Assembly: GCA_036172245.1 (NCBI GenBank)
Contig: JAYWIR010000048.1
Coordinates: forward strand, 558,001 to 622,000
From: Raillietiella orientalis
Lineage: Eukaryota
Reading direction: 5' to 3'
Length of the DNA stretch: 64,000 nucleotides
In this document: in pieces, positions 12,480 to 25,499 of the stretch
Numbering within the stretch: position 1 is the stretch's first letter
How the letters are laid out: each line of letters starts with the position of its first letter
Made by a program: the position numbers and the translations under genes
The notes under the pieces: generated by a model
Told to the model about the DNA's origin: nothing
The model's database searches: none
Seen by the model: the letters and a program-made list of their open reading frames with translations, nothing else

Positions 12480-13000
12480 GATGCCGGTCCTACAGGCAAA
12501 AACTGAAAGAAGAAAGCGACAGCTGATCCTCTTGAGAGCATAGCAACCTGCAAGTTTGGGGAAAACTGGAATCCACGAATGCAAAGTCAGATGATCAGGT
12601 GATCCATAAATGCATGCTTTCTCTGCTTTGGTCACAAGGAGAAAGTGTCTCGATCAACAAGATTCACCGCGAGTCTTGGTTAAAGAACATCGATTGCTGT
12701 TGAGCTGCACACATTTTTCTTAATACACAATGTGGATTCTGCTTCATGAAACCACCATCACGGAAAATAAAACTGCGCTTCTAAAGTTCAATCAGGAATA
12801 GTAGAGATTCAGGAAAAACAAAGCTAGGATGCAGATGATGGTCTCCTTTCTCATGAAGGTGCTTTCCAGAACTTTCTGTTCAATTAAGAGGAAGTGATCT
12901 TGAAGATGGGAGGGAGACAGGGAAAGGTTTCTTTAAATCCGATCACCGCAGAGGAAGGTGGTTAAGGTACTGTCACGTCGGGCATCTGAGAGGAAGATCA
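12480..13000 (-). mobile_element. Decayed LINE APE-type endonuclease fragment
   Basis: AVIGFKET (like DVIxLQET) near 12930-12952 and SPDHLTL (like SDH) near 12600. Confidence 0.4.
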
Positions 13001-13899
13001 ATCCTTATTTCGGAGCTGATTTTTTAGGGAGACCTGAAGGATACCGCTGCAGAATAGTTTCCTTTGGCCACTTCCGCAGCCCCACGATACACAAGCGTTT
13101 CCGCCTTCAAATAGTCATTATTTCACGTCCCGTAAAAATCCCGCCCGTCTTGCCACTGACATAATAGCTGTGCGAGAGAGTTCCCCACAAAAAGCACTTT
13201 GCTGTCCTTCAGATGTAACGGGAGGTGATTCGAGACCATGTGAACCATCGATCGGTGCTGCAGCTACATGCAAGAGCACAACGCGACCTGGGAGCCTCAA
13301 AAAACAAGGTCTTTGTCGCTGCTCTCCCTGAAGACCCAGTGGAACAATATTCCGAATAAGACCTCCAGCTGTCAGTGAGCTTTTCTAAAAGGAAAGAGAG
13401 GTCACAATGACATCCTGTGGTATTGGCGAGGAACACTGAGGTCTCGGAATCGGAAAACTCGTACCCTTTCTACACCAACGGGACTAGCTGGAGACCTGGA
13501 GGAGTTGACAGCACAGAGTACGTTCAACTGAGACAGTGAGCTGAAGAAAAGAACATCTGCTCAGCTCAAAAACACTGCATGAGATTTTCAGGCTCCATAA
13601 GACACTTTCCCCGGAAGTTGAGACTGACTTCCCCCCTCTCTGAGAAGGGCGATGGAAGTCCCAAGTCCTTCCTCTGGAATGAGGTCTCTGGACACTTAGG
13701 AAATGATATTTTCGTCTGCTTGCTTTCTCCGACTCGGAGTTTCCATTCGCGAGGTGGGGTTAGATTTCACTGCCACCTCATTTATGGTGCTCTCAAGTCC
13801 TCGAAAGGAACAAAAAGGTGCTTTGAAACTTGAGTGCAGCACGCTTAAAAATTACGTAGCATTAATTATGACGCATTAATTATCTTTCAGCTAGATTAT

Positions 13900-15090
13900 C
13901 TTCGTCATAGTCACCGTGTCATGAGGGTGATGCTTTCTTCCTAGCACAGTAAAATCGGTCAATGAATCTGCGGGTAAGATGAACGAACAAAGCATGCAAA
14001 AAGAATTCTTCTTAGAGTCCTCTGCCCTCTGATGCCCATCAAAGTGCATCGATGCCTCACTTCGGGAACGACTTTTTGAGCACATTCGAGACTCTCTTTG
14101 CAAGGATTCGTGTACAGTCCGGAGTCTCTGAGATATTAAGTTGTTACAGCTTGCACGTGCGCACAACCCGGAACTGCATGGAGAGACGCAAAAGCATTCG
14201 TTTCCTCAAGATAGGGTCTTCCCGACTCGCGTATCCAAGAGTAGCATGCCCTATCGTAACGTGACGTAGCACGATATTCTGAATCTTGTGAGCATGGAAT
14301 TTAAGAATGAGCGTGCTAAACCGGAAGTTGAAGTTTGGTTCAGAGATTGCATCCCGAGTCAACTTCCTCAGGATCGAGGATTTCTCCCTAATAACGTGCT
14401 TGAATTCGTGTACTTCAAGCACAGGATGCTTTATAAGCCGCTTTCCTTCACCACGGCATTTTTTCTTTTCCCCTTTTTAGAACTGAATCCGCACGGAGAC
14501 GACCCATTTCCGACGAAGTCAAAACTTAACGAAGGCAATTTCCCAACAGCAAAAGTTTCTCCTTGTCGAATGCGGGATTCCCTCTTCTTGAAGTGTGCCA
14601 CACTTTTCCGTCGTTCCCAAACCACAATCCTGGAAACGTGATTCCAGCCGCATTTGCTCGTGAAATTTTGCATCTGTTCACTCTACTCTTTCGCCTCTTC
14701 AGCACGCTTGGATTCCCAATCGGGAATCCCAAGCTATTCTTGCAGGCCGAGAGTAGCTCGATTTTCTAGCAGGGACCGATTCTCTCTGGTTCTCTTCGAA
14801 ATCCCGAAAAATCAATCAAGAGACGTGCACACGCTGACCTCGATTTTCACGTGCTCGAGGCCTCCTCCACTTGGCATCTGACAACTATCTGTACCGAGCC
14901 ACGCACTTGCAGTCAGTCCTCTGAGAAATAAAAGTTTTTGCGCAACCATCAGATCTGCAACCGGCAACTGGAAATACTGCAAGGAGCGGTCGCGCCCTTG
15001 AAGGATTTGCTCCACCTCGGGTCCGGAATAACTCCCCGTCGAGGGATTCCCTCTGCGGCTCCTTCGTAGCAGCCATTTTCAATGCTGAGC
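13900..15090 (-). mobile_element. Decayed LINE RT / C-terminal fragment
   Basis: *LGFPIGNP (like the KYLG motif) at about 14706-14740, with degraded flanking reading frames. Confidence 0.4.
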
Positions 15091-16399
15091 ATCACCTAGT
15101 CTCCTTTTCAGTGCCGAATAGAGCTCTTAAGGCAACTTCCAGTTGCCCATTCGGGACCGACCTTCGAAAATGCGTACCCGTACACGAAAAGCGACTTCGC
15201 AGTTCCTTCTCCTGCACGCTCGGATGCAGAAGATCGGAAGCTGAAGACATCCCAAAAACAAGAAAGAAGAGACCGCTGAGATGCTCGAATGGATTCTTGA
15301 AAGGCTTCGCATCCGCATTGCGGCCTGCATTTCTGCCAGTCTCCTCCGATCTGTCGAGGGATGCGCAGGCACTTCTCATCGTGTTCGTGCGGGCTGGAGG
15401 AAAGAGGAGGAGGGCCGTGAATGGACCTATGGTTTGCAGTGGGCCACCCCGTCCTTCAGCCAGACTGAAGAGATGTGTGGGCAGGAGTGAATAGCAAGCG
15501 CAAAGTTCCGACACCGAAGAGAGGAAGGGGCACGGCACTGGCAGCACGAGAACAGGCGTCATGGTGGACGGCCCCATATGGGAATCTGGCAACCAAGCAC
15601 GTTCCTGGGGCAACTTGAAGAAGACTCGTCCTGATTCCCAACGTAAAGCGTAGGTGGGTAAATGAGGTTTCCGGGAAGACTGCCAATGAAGACGGCCACG
15701 CGGAGGCGTCCAGCGTTGCTCCCTTGCATACCAGCGCCGGAGCGTGGGCACAAAGGAATGAGCCCAGGTTGCAGAGGAAGCTCCAAGCAAGAAGGCAGAA
15801 ATCCGAAGTCAGGACCACGTGGCCAACGTAGAAAAAAAATGCAAAAGGAACTTCGGATGCGTGGCGCCACTGGCACATGGCGCTTCTCCTCCAAGGGAGC
15901 GGTTCCTCTTCGTCGCAAGATAAGCGCTCCAAATGGTTGCGAAAGGCTGGACGAAAAGTATCGAGAGTGGCTTCGTACCCTCCTTCCAGCACCCCTCATC
16001 TCATCTCGAAAAGGTCCAGCTTATGTTCTGGAAATCAAAATTAACTCCGAAAGACTCACCGCTGGAAGGTCGCGTTGCCAGTTCGCTCAGGTATGAGACA
16101 AGCATTTAGGAATTGGTTGGTAGAACGAGCGATGAACCAAGTAACAGCTGATTTCTGCTATCATGTCAGATGTTTAGAAGAATTCAGTCGCCATCCTCGA
16201 GAATCGCGAGCCATCGTTTTACTTGCATGAACTCAATAAGCTGAATTTTCGATGACATGTACACATTCGCTTTTAACTTGGGTCATCTCCGGAAACGATA
16301 CAAGCAGGGGTTGAATTCATTCAAAAGTGACTGGTGCACATGATAACAACAGCACTTACTCGATCAGTAACAGACATCATCGTGTTTGTCATGCAAACT

Positions 16400-16915
16400 T
16401 TGCTTCCTACTGAGCATCACTGGGTCAAGTCCGGGTTTGGTCACCGAACCACTGGCTTCTGGTCACTACGAGGTTTGGAGCATTCTGTCCACCCAGGCGG
16501 CATCTTCAGTCTTTCGCAAGATGTAGTGCTACGTCCAGGCTGGGATTCGGCCACACTTTCTGATGCTTATCCACTCCTGAATGAGTCCTTTGAAGATTTT
16601 CCATGGCAGTCGTTGTTCTTCCTGCTTTCCGTAGGTTTGTCCTTCTTACCACAACGCTCGTGATGAAGAGGGCGAGTGCTGTACGTATCATGGTATCGTA
16701 TTTCGAGGAACGTCGCCGTCCCACTCAAACAGTATTGCCATCCTTGAATTCGTCTGCACGGCTTCACCGCCTTCGGTAGTGCCCTGTCCTGGCGCAGCGC
16801 TGGGAAGGTGAGCGCGTGCAGCTTTCTTTCCCTAACCCCGCATCTCTTGCAAGACTCATCCAGGACGTTTCATGTCCAGTATTTGATCCTGGAACCATTC
16901 AGGTTAACTCTGTGT
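16400..16915 (-). mobile_element. Decayed LINE APE endonuclease domain
   Basis: NLNG at the start (about 16905), then LQE, MAILF and RSDQKPV (like SDHxPV, about 16450-16470), in the expected order. Confidence 0.55.
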
Positions 16916-18899
16916 TAAAACAGGATGAGGTCGTCCTGAGTGTCCGGTGGCAGGACGCTCCTCCAAACTTTCTCTCAAACTGCTGAAAGGTTGCTTCAGG
17001 TTTTGGATCTCGCAGCAGCTGAAAGCCATGAGGAGGACGTCGTGTCCATCATAGGTGGGATCAACTTCATGTGCGGGAGACCTGGAAAAAATTCTCTCTG
17101 GCACATCCTCCACTGCTGCACTACGCGTCACTTCAGGAGGGTCGACTAGATCCACAGAATGACGGTAGGTCAGTGGGAGTCACTGGTCTTCGATCCATTC
17201 GTTTCCGACACGAACCTCCTCCAACCAGACTTTGTGCTCGAAAAGCAAAGGTCGAGTCATCATATTCGGTGTAAATTGCCCTTTCAAAAGTATCAGGTCT
17301 CTTCGGAAGACTCCAGGACAAAGTGCAAGTACTGCAGCCTGGCTACGAGCTTTTTCTCTAGAGGAATGCCTGCATTTGTGACTGGAAATCCTGCTCTCTT
17401 CTCCTGGTGGAATCCTTCGTCCTATGAGACCCGAATAACGACAAGAACCGAAAGAAAGATGATCCTGCAAAGCAAAGTCCATCATCGAAGAAGGGAAATG
17501 GTCACCAGGAACATCCAGCGCGTCTGCCTGAATCTTCTGGGGCATAGGATGGACCGCCATCGTTAATGTTCCAGTCACTCACTAGAGGATGATACCAAAC
17601 GAGCTATCTAAGTAATCTCGAAGTCTGTCAGGATGCGAATAGTTTTCCGCCTAACGATTTTTATCCTACCCGTTCCCCATTAATAAAAAATGTCCCAGGC
17701 CATGCGGTGATCCATGTCATGGAATCCGCTTGTTATGGAAGGACCTCCGAACCACAGGATGAGAGAAAAGGAGGAGATAGATGAAAAAGAGGCAGAAATT
17801 ACAGGATTAAAAGGATTTTAATGGGCTGGAATTCATGACGAAAAAGAAACTCTTTGATTTGAGCACCGTCGTCCACCAAAGGTCCCGAAAGGCATCCTAA
17901 CCTTTGAATGCCGTGTCTGACAGCTACTCGGCGTTCGCTTCAAGTGTTTCCTTCATTACTTCCCCTATTTTTGCAATCTAAGCTCATGCAGAGGATGACT
18001 TTGATTCCTTGGTTTTTCTTGACGTTGATTTGCTCTGCTTTTCTCATGAGAGCAAATCGAAGTTCTGGATTCCCGAGTCAGGTCCGCTCCTTTTCCGTTC
18101 GTGTTTCATGAATCCTTGTCAATTAGCTCAATTCCTATGATTGCATTTAAAGTCATTTCCAGTTTTCTCATGCCTCGAGTTTCCTCTCTCTCGGTTTCTT
18201 ACAAAGTAGGTACAGCGGAGTTCTTTCATCTTTTCGTTCTTTTCTCTTTTTTCAGTCGGACGCAAAAATGCCTGCATTTTGTGCGGAGGAAGTTGCAGTC
18301 TGTCCTCGAGTTCCTTGAGCAGATGGTTTGCAACTCCCTTTCCAGCCTCCTGGAGTCTGAAGACTGAGATACTGTGCTACGCTCCCTCGAATTCTTTCCT
18401 TCTCTTGAAGATTTAAGAAAAATTAACGAACAATCTTTGCGGGGATTCTTTTTTTTTCCAAAGAGAATTGCGAAACTTTTGCAATGAATCCTTTTGCTCG
18501 TAAAACAAGAGACGGAGGAATCTTCAGGAGGATTCAAAGACACAAGGTGTCTTGAAAAGTCGGTGGTAAACCTTTGTCCGGCCTGGCCGTGTGACAGTCA
18601 GGCAGAGAAGCAGTAGAAGACGAAGAAGAAATCGGAAGCGTATCATCTTCAGAATATGGTCCACAGCTTCCAGCATGGTTTCTGACTCCCCAGAAGGTGT
18701 TCAAGGAGAACCTTTCGTGCTGAGAACCAAAGGAGACTTAGCAACGGCAATCGGCAGTGTGAGGGAATAAAAATTCTCTTTTTCTTTTTTCCAGCTACCA
18801 ATGCGTAAAAAGAAGTGCCAGATAGACTGTGCACAGAATGCTGGTAGAAGGGAGAGGGGTTAATTTTTTACAGTCTCAACGCTCTTGATTTTTTCCCTG

Positions 18900-19800
18900 T
18901 GTCAGTTGCTGGATGTTCACATGAGATGGTTCATCCGATGGTTCCAGTACATTTCCCTGGAACGGAAAATACTATTTCCCATCATTTCCGAGTAATTTCA
19001 TTTCCCTTAATAGTTTGCCGTTGGCTGGATCCAACCCATCCAGGGATGGTGGCTAGTGTTTTGCTTGATTCTTCTTTAAAGAGGTTGATGAAGTGAAGAG
19101 CCAAATCCTAGTATTTATTTTCCTTCGATATCCTGAATCCTTTTAAGGAAGCTTAGTTGCTCTCAACTCAGGCAGCTCCAGCAGAGAATGAACAACCTCG
19201 TCTTGCACCCCTAGATCTGGTAAAAGGCTGGAGTCAATTCCGAGGAGCAGCTGGGTAGACCAAAGCAGCCCAAGCAGTTCATCTGTCATTCTTTTCAGTT
19301 GTTTGCCAGCTCATCGTAAAGTTGGATAGTGCAGCAGTGCACTGTTTAAGGACACGTCGAAGAGACTGCTGCCAAGTGTACACATCCGTGGCTCTCACTG
19401 AAATTGGGTTCAATCCAGCCGTATCAAAGAAATGGTAATCCGAAAGCAGCACACAGTCTCTGTTGAAAGGGAAGCAGCTGGAAGCGTGAAGGCCACGAAT
19501 GCAGGAGCTGCCTTTTTCTGGATCGATTGCAGGAGCGACCGAGCTTCTGGATCGACAGATCAGCTAGCGGATGAGGTCACACTGCATGTGCCGACCCAGG
19601 ATATAGTGTGTTGAGAAAATATTTTAGAGATAGCTGTATAGAAGACCTGGTGGTATTCCAAGTCTGCTTGATCAGCTCCTCTCACACTCCAGCACATGGC
19701 AACACTGAGAACTTCCATGCCGCTAGGAAACTCATTCGCAGAGTTGCTCTATAAATCGAAAATCCAATTCCACAGACATCGAGACAGGCTTTCCATTCTC
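18900..19800 (-). mobile_element. Decayed LINE reverse transcriptase fragment
   Basis: AIDPEK (like DxEKAFD) near 19510-19530 and LYDEL (like YADD) near 19310-19325, in the correct order on the minus strand. Confidence 0.45.
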
Positions 19801-20149
19801 TCTAAAAACTGCAGATGGTGACATCAGAATGCTCCTCCTTTGTCACACTGCCGTGGACGTCCTTTTTCGCCGTGGCCTTCAGTCTGCACCACGTTCCCAC
19901 CTTCTGAAGAACGGGGACGGAGGAGAGTTGACTGAAGCTTCTTGCCATGAGGGAGGAGCCACCACAAGCACTGCATCGCCGGTTTCCCGGTCTCATGACA
20001 TCATATTGCAGACGAACAGTCTCCTCGACAGGTGTTTGGAGTCGGTTTCTAGAAAAACGGGAGCTCTTCGATCTCCGCTCTCCAAGAGAAGCGCGCCATC
20101 GCATCCCCGGAGCCAAACGCAAGCAGACCGCCCTGAAGACATAGTGAGC

Positions 20150-20315
20150 GTCCGGCGGCTTCGTGGTTATGCCTTCCGCGCATGGCGCCATGCGTCGCGG
20201 GTTCGGATACTTCGACAGAGATCAACGCAGTGCGCCGTGGGTTCGAGTTCTTCCTGCAAGATGAGGCTGGTTGGCCTACAAAGATTCGGGTGCAGCACCG
20301 GTAACGGTTAAAACT
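20150..20315 (+). mobile_element. tRNA-headed SINE-like element, degenerate copy
   Basis: A-box-like cggcttcgtgg and B-box-like gggttcggatac. The body gtgcgccgtgggtt...caagatg..ctggtt.gcctac...ggtgcagcac.gg aligns with 39010-39210. Confidence 0.55.
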
Positions 20316-20584
20316 GGAGGTCCCCGATGAAGACCAGAACAATGCGAGACGACCTTCGGGTCCTTCCAAGAATCAAGGAATGGGGACTTACTCCTCTGAT
20401 CGTGCAACGGAGAGCGGACCCCTATCATAAGGGCTCCTCCGGTTCGTTCAGATGGAGTAGGTGCGTTAAGGCACCTCTCCAGATGTTGAAGGAGCAGACC
20501 CCCCATTCTGAATTGACCCACAGCGTCGCACTGATGGAATAGGTGTGTCGCCACCTCTCCCCGAGAGTGCAAAGAAACGAGCCC

Positions 20585-20900
20585 ATCCCTTCGGGAAGCC
20601 TCGCCCCTCTGAGAAGATTAGGAAGCGTCCCTTCGGGTTCTCTTCAGAGGAGAAGAATACAGGGAGAGGTTCCCTAGCGGGCTCCCTCCGGAGAAGAAAT
20701 TCCTACTAGTGGGTCCTTTCCGGTTCCCTTTGGAGAAGAAAAAATGGAGCAGACCCCTCCAAGGGTCTCTCCAAGATCCTCTTCGGGACAACCAAATGGA
20801 GGTGATCTCTCCGGGGATCCCTCCCCAGGCGTGAAAGGAACGGATCCTGAGCCCTTTCTGGATTCATAGGGTGGAATCCTTCCGGGGAAACCCCTATCTT
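20585..20900 (+). repeat. Dispersed repeat built from degenerate ~40-45 bp sub-repeats (copy 1)
   Basis: Recurring cccttcggg / cttcagaggagaag / ccctccggagaagaaattcc units. Homologous to 41160-41400 (+), 23073-23310 (-) and 50900-50990 (-). Confidence 0.7.
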
Positions 20901-21360
20901 AAAGCAGTTTTTCCTGAATACCGTCAGGAGCGTGGTTCCTTTCCCTCCATTGTGCGGTGTTAGCATTTATAACGGAAGAGACCGTCTCGTGTTGAAACCC
21001 CAGGGGAAGGCAGAACTTGTGCCTGGAATCAGCAGTAACGGTTCGTCACATCTGTTTTTTTTTTCTCCCCTTTTTTGGTTCTCAAAGAGTACTGAAGAAC
21101 CGTTCTTTCCCTGGGGGCGGCGGGGGGGGGGGTCACAGAACTCTTTAAGCTTGTCTACGCCACCCAAGGGAGGGTGAGTGCAACTCTTCCAGTTAAGGGA
21201 TACCTCGGAAGGCGCAACCATACCGAACTCGTGTCCCGGCACGCTTGCAGTGTCCGCCCATGCAAAAGTTCTTCAGCTGCTCCTCCTCAGGTCCACCCTG
21301 GCTTCTGCTTTCGAGGGTTTCTTCTAGCTGCTCAGTCGTGGGACAGACCTGTAGGTAAAA

Positions 21361-23072
21361 GAGCGAAGTCGTCCATCCTATTAGTTGGTGCAGCGTGGGC
21401 AGGACGGCCGGACTGAATCCTCGTGGGGATCCCCACGTGTGGGATACTTTAAGTACCTTGGCGTTCCGTTGGGGGACTTCTGCGTAGCAGAGGCCTGGTC
21501 CGACCTTCGTCAAAAGGTGAAGTTGGCGATCGGCCCGTTCCGGGATGGCAAGCTTTACTTTCAGGAACAGGCCGCGGTGTGGAACGCTTTCGCGGCCCCC
21601 CTGCTTAGCCCCCTACTTTTTGTTTGCCCTGCCCCAACCCAAATAAAGACTAGGACAAGATGTCTCCTCAGGAAAGCTCTGTGGGGCACACGGAAGTCCT
21701 GCGTCTGCCTTAAAGACTTGTGCGCATCACGCAGGGACGGTAGACTAGGCCTCCTCACTTTGGAGCAATTGGAGTGACAGCTCGAATTACGCAAGCTCGC
21801 TCTTGTGGCGACATACTGCACAACGCCATGGTGCGGCCCAACACGCCTCCTCGCCAGTAGGGCAACCGGCTGCAACGGATTGACCTCGATCCTTGTGGCT
21901 AACGATCGCAGTCTCAACCATTGTGATTTTCAGCAGCGGGACTTGGTTGCCCTGGTGAGGGAGAACACATGGATCTCCTGCGTCCCCACGAACTAGACTA
22001 ACTGGCCTCAGGATTCAGTTTCCGCGTGGGCTACGATCAACGGCTTCAGAGATGTGGACTTCTCCTGACTCCGTAGAGGCAGGTATGCTGGACAACGCCT
22101 GCAGAAGATCGCTTCTAACCCAGGGAAACTTCTGTGGGCTTCATATACTCCCCATGCTCCGTGGTGCTCTCCTTAAAGAACTCTAGGGACAGCCAGAAAG
22201 AGGCACCGTGCATCATTGAAGGCAGGAAAAAACTTTTGAAGGAGTGAAAACTAGCGGACGCTGCAGCCCCGAATGTCCCTCCTAAAGGACTTGTGCCCTG
22301 GGGCGAGCTGCTCGTATCCCTCTGGAAAAGGTGAAGTGGCTTCCAGCGCGTTGGGACAATGACACCCTCCCCTTGGATTGGCAGGAGACGGCGCTGCTGG
22401 TGTTGCACTGGGCAGAGCGCCTTTGCAGAGCACGCCTCTATCACTGGACATTAGGGAGTGTGGACGCCAATTGTGCAGGCTACGGGGAAAGGGAAAACTT
22501 CCCCCACATCCTCATGGAGTGTGTCGCCCTCTGACCAATGTGCAATCGACGTATCGTCCATTCTGAATATTCCGGTGGGCGACCCAAGGGACATTTTCCG
22601 TCGCCTCCTGACGCGGGACACCCTGCCGGCAGCAGCGTGTGTAGCAGTTCTCTGCTGCATACGCAGAATCCTGGACAAATGGACTGCCTCGAGGAGAGGC
22701 TGCAACAGTCAGAACACCATTCACTGGGCTGCAATCTCTATGGAGCTTTCTCCATAGAGATTGCAGCGATGGCGCCGGTTACAGACACTACTACCGGCAC
22801 TTATCCGCATCCAATCCGGGATGCAGAGGACCACTCCTAGCGAACTGTGATTCATTTTCTGCCCTCCCCTAGTGTTTTTTTTTTTTTTTTTGTGGTTTTT
22901 CCTCCCCCTCCGCCAACGAAGTATACCTAACTGGCCTCAGGGCCGGTAAAGACAAGTGTTCCAAGACAGGCAGAATCACGTGTTCTTCCTGAATGAGCCT
23001 AAGGACATTATTATAAAGATGTTTTTTATTAAAATTTTAATTATAAATGCCCTGGCATTTTTGGGTAAAAAA
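21361..23072 (+). mobile_element. Tx1/L1-like LINE lineage A, 5'-truncated decayed copy
   Basis: AKSSILL, FKYLGVPLG, LCASRRDGRLGLLTLE, LPLDWQETALLVLHW and the zinc finger CAGYGERENFPHILMEC, then a T-rich 3' UTR, terminal stem-loop and A tract. Confidence 0.88.
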
Positions 23073-23310
23073 CCTCGGAAGGGGACTACTTTATGAATCC
23101 AGGAAGGCTCTGGAGGAAGGAGTCTCTTATGCATGGTAGGGAGCCCCGAAGAGAACCCTCCCCACCTTGGTTGTCTTCGTAGGAAACCCCGAAGGCCCTA
23201 TTCTCTCCGGAGGGACTCCACTCCTCATTTCTTGTCTGAAAGGAACCCACAAGAGAACGCAATCATTGTTCACTCATCTGAAGAGAACTCCGAAGGGACG
23301 CTCCATGCCC
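23073..23310 (-). repeat. Degenerate sub-repeat family (copy 2)
   Basis: ctgaagagaactccgaagggacgctcc and tatgaatccaggaagg are reverse-complement matches to 20620-20650 and 20850-20885. Confidence 0.65.
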
Positions 23311-24611
23311 AGGCTGTTCTAAAAAAGACAACGAGTAGGGTAGGTGAGAGACCTATTCATACCATCAGCCAGCAGGCCGCAAACCTGCTTTCGCGCTCGG
23401 GTCAACGAGGCGGGTCAGGAGGATTCGGATGGAAATGAGTCGCAGGCTGAGGTCGAGTGTGCGAGGAATTCGGCAAGTCAACGAAGACGGAGGAGAATTA
23501 TACGGATGCAAGAAATTAGTGTGCATGCAGAAGGAGACCATTTCGGTCCCTTGGACGCACAGTCAGAAGCCAAGAGGTCACAGGCACGCACTCATGCTCC
23601 AAGCGGGAGCAAACGAACACGCATGAATGCATATGCCCGCTTGACACGATCGAGAAGATGAAAAGCATCTTTGGGACATGCTTGAGTCCACACCGAGACA
23701 GCGGAAGTAGTAGTATATAAAAGAAAGCCTCAAGGAAGAAGAGATCGTCTATTCAAAGAGGAAAGAGAACCACCTTGTTGCATTTGAGCGGTTGAGATTC
23801 TACGCAAGATAACGTTGGAGGAAAGGAGATGCAGACAGAAGTTTTCACCATCTTCTCCTGTCTGTTCACTTATATCCTCTTGCAATCTCGAAAGTTCTTT
23901 CATTATGACAGTGACTCACCCGATGCTTTCAATGTACGTCATGCGGATGTTGGCTCACGACAGACTCGTTTCCTGATGTGCTCCTCTCGGTCCCTTAAGG
24001 GTTTCTATTGACTCAACGATTCATTGTTTCTCCGATACAAGGATTGGGGAGATCCTACCACGACTGCTCTTAGAGACGAAAGGCAAACCCTTCCGCGATA
24101 CATGCATTCCTTTTGTCTTGCCTGATCTCGAACGGATGATGGATCCGAAAAGGCACGAGAATTTTCCTCCTGGGCGCAGCAGCATATCTGACTTCAGACT
24201 CGAATCTTCTTTCAGAGTAGCCTCATTGGCAGCCACAGAATGCCAGTGTTTTACGTTGGTCCGCTCGATTTGGGTCTCAGCACCTCCGTGATGGTGATCT
24301 GGCTGCCGGCGCATCTGTTGAGGAGTGACCTAGAGACTTTTCCCATTCTCCTCACCTTCTGCACATCTCTGTTGGAAGGGCTGTCTCACAAATAGGAAGA
24401 CTCTGTATGAACCTGTTATCCTGGAACTAAAGGCTATTCTCCGCTGACTAGAGAGCGCCTCTAAGCCCAATGCTGCCGAATAAAGAATATGGCGCTGCCT
24501 TGGTACGGTTATTTTTCAACGAAAGATCTCCGTGATGACAGTAAGCAGTCCTAAGGTGATGTTCATCCTGATGTGTGCGCGTCGATTGTGAACTGTCAGA
24601 TGTAATCTTGG

Positions 24612-25190
24612 GTCTTCTACTCCGGACCGTTTATTTAAAAATAAATAAACTGCAAGTCAGAACCAAAAAAAAAAAAGAAATACACTGGAGATGACCACCA
24701 GCTCCTAGGCCGGATTATAAGGGAGTGGGGAGAAAGACGCAAAGGACAATAAATAAAGGAAAAAAGGAATGATGAGAAGGCACAGAAGTTCCTGCTCTGC
24801 AACGCTCCTTCGTTCCTAAATGTGGTTGAATATGGAGGTGACCTTCATTACTTTTTCTGGTAGATGAGGCCAATTTGCTGCCATCCTCATTAAGGCGGCT
24901 GCCATGCAGATGTCCTCCCTTCGCTGCGAACGAGACTCCAGCACATGGCGTACTGTCCCGATGGCGCACACATCATTGCGATCCCGGAGCCTGCCGTCAG
25001 CCCGCCCCCCTAGAGTGAAGAAACACCAATGCAAGTCCAATGCGGTGTCCTCCAGGACACTTGCAGTAAAACAGTTCGGGGAGGCAACTCCTCGAGAAAC
25101 CAGGTGCCTGTACTGTTTGCAATGGAGTCCCCAGTGCAGAAATGGCAAAACATCCTGTTTCCACCTTGATGGGAACACTGTGAACTGTTC
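24612..25190 (-). mobile_element. LINE lineage B, 3' end fragment
   Basis: C-terminal peptide EDICMAAALMRMAANWPHLPEKVMKVTSIF matches other lineage-B ends. T-rich UTR and aataaacggtccgg terminus. Confidence 0.7.
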
Positions 25191-25499
25191 GTGTTGAGGG
25201 AGCACGAGCCCTTCGGGAGCTACATTAAGCAGCATTGTGCTGCGGTCGTACTCGGGTGTGTTTTGTTAGGCTCACGACTCCTGGCTTTGGTTGGTGTAGT
25301 CGCGTTACTTCGGTGGTGGGAGGATGGCAGAGATACTCGAATCTGCCACAAAAAAGTATCAGAAGAACATCAGGAGATCATCCTCCGTACCCAAGGAGGT
25401 GGGGTATCCGCCCTCGAAGCTTCATCCCTCGCGCCGGCAAGGAAATACAGCGCCATCGTCGCCACGCCCTGTGCAGAGACCATGGCCGAGGTCAGGCCT

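Noticed and set aside
14706..14734. Palindrome reading LGFPIGNP on both strands
   Set aside because: It is short, imperfect and coincides with the LINE YLG-motif coding sequence. No independent function is needed to explain it.
20585..20900. CRISPR-like repeat-spacer array
   Set aside because: The units are degenerate and irregular with no unique spacers, there are no cas genes, and the context is eukaryotic.
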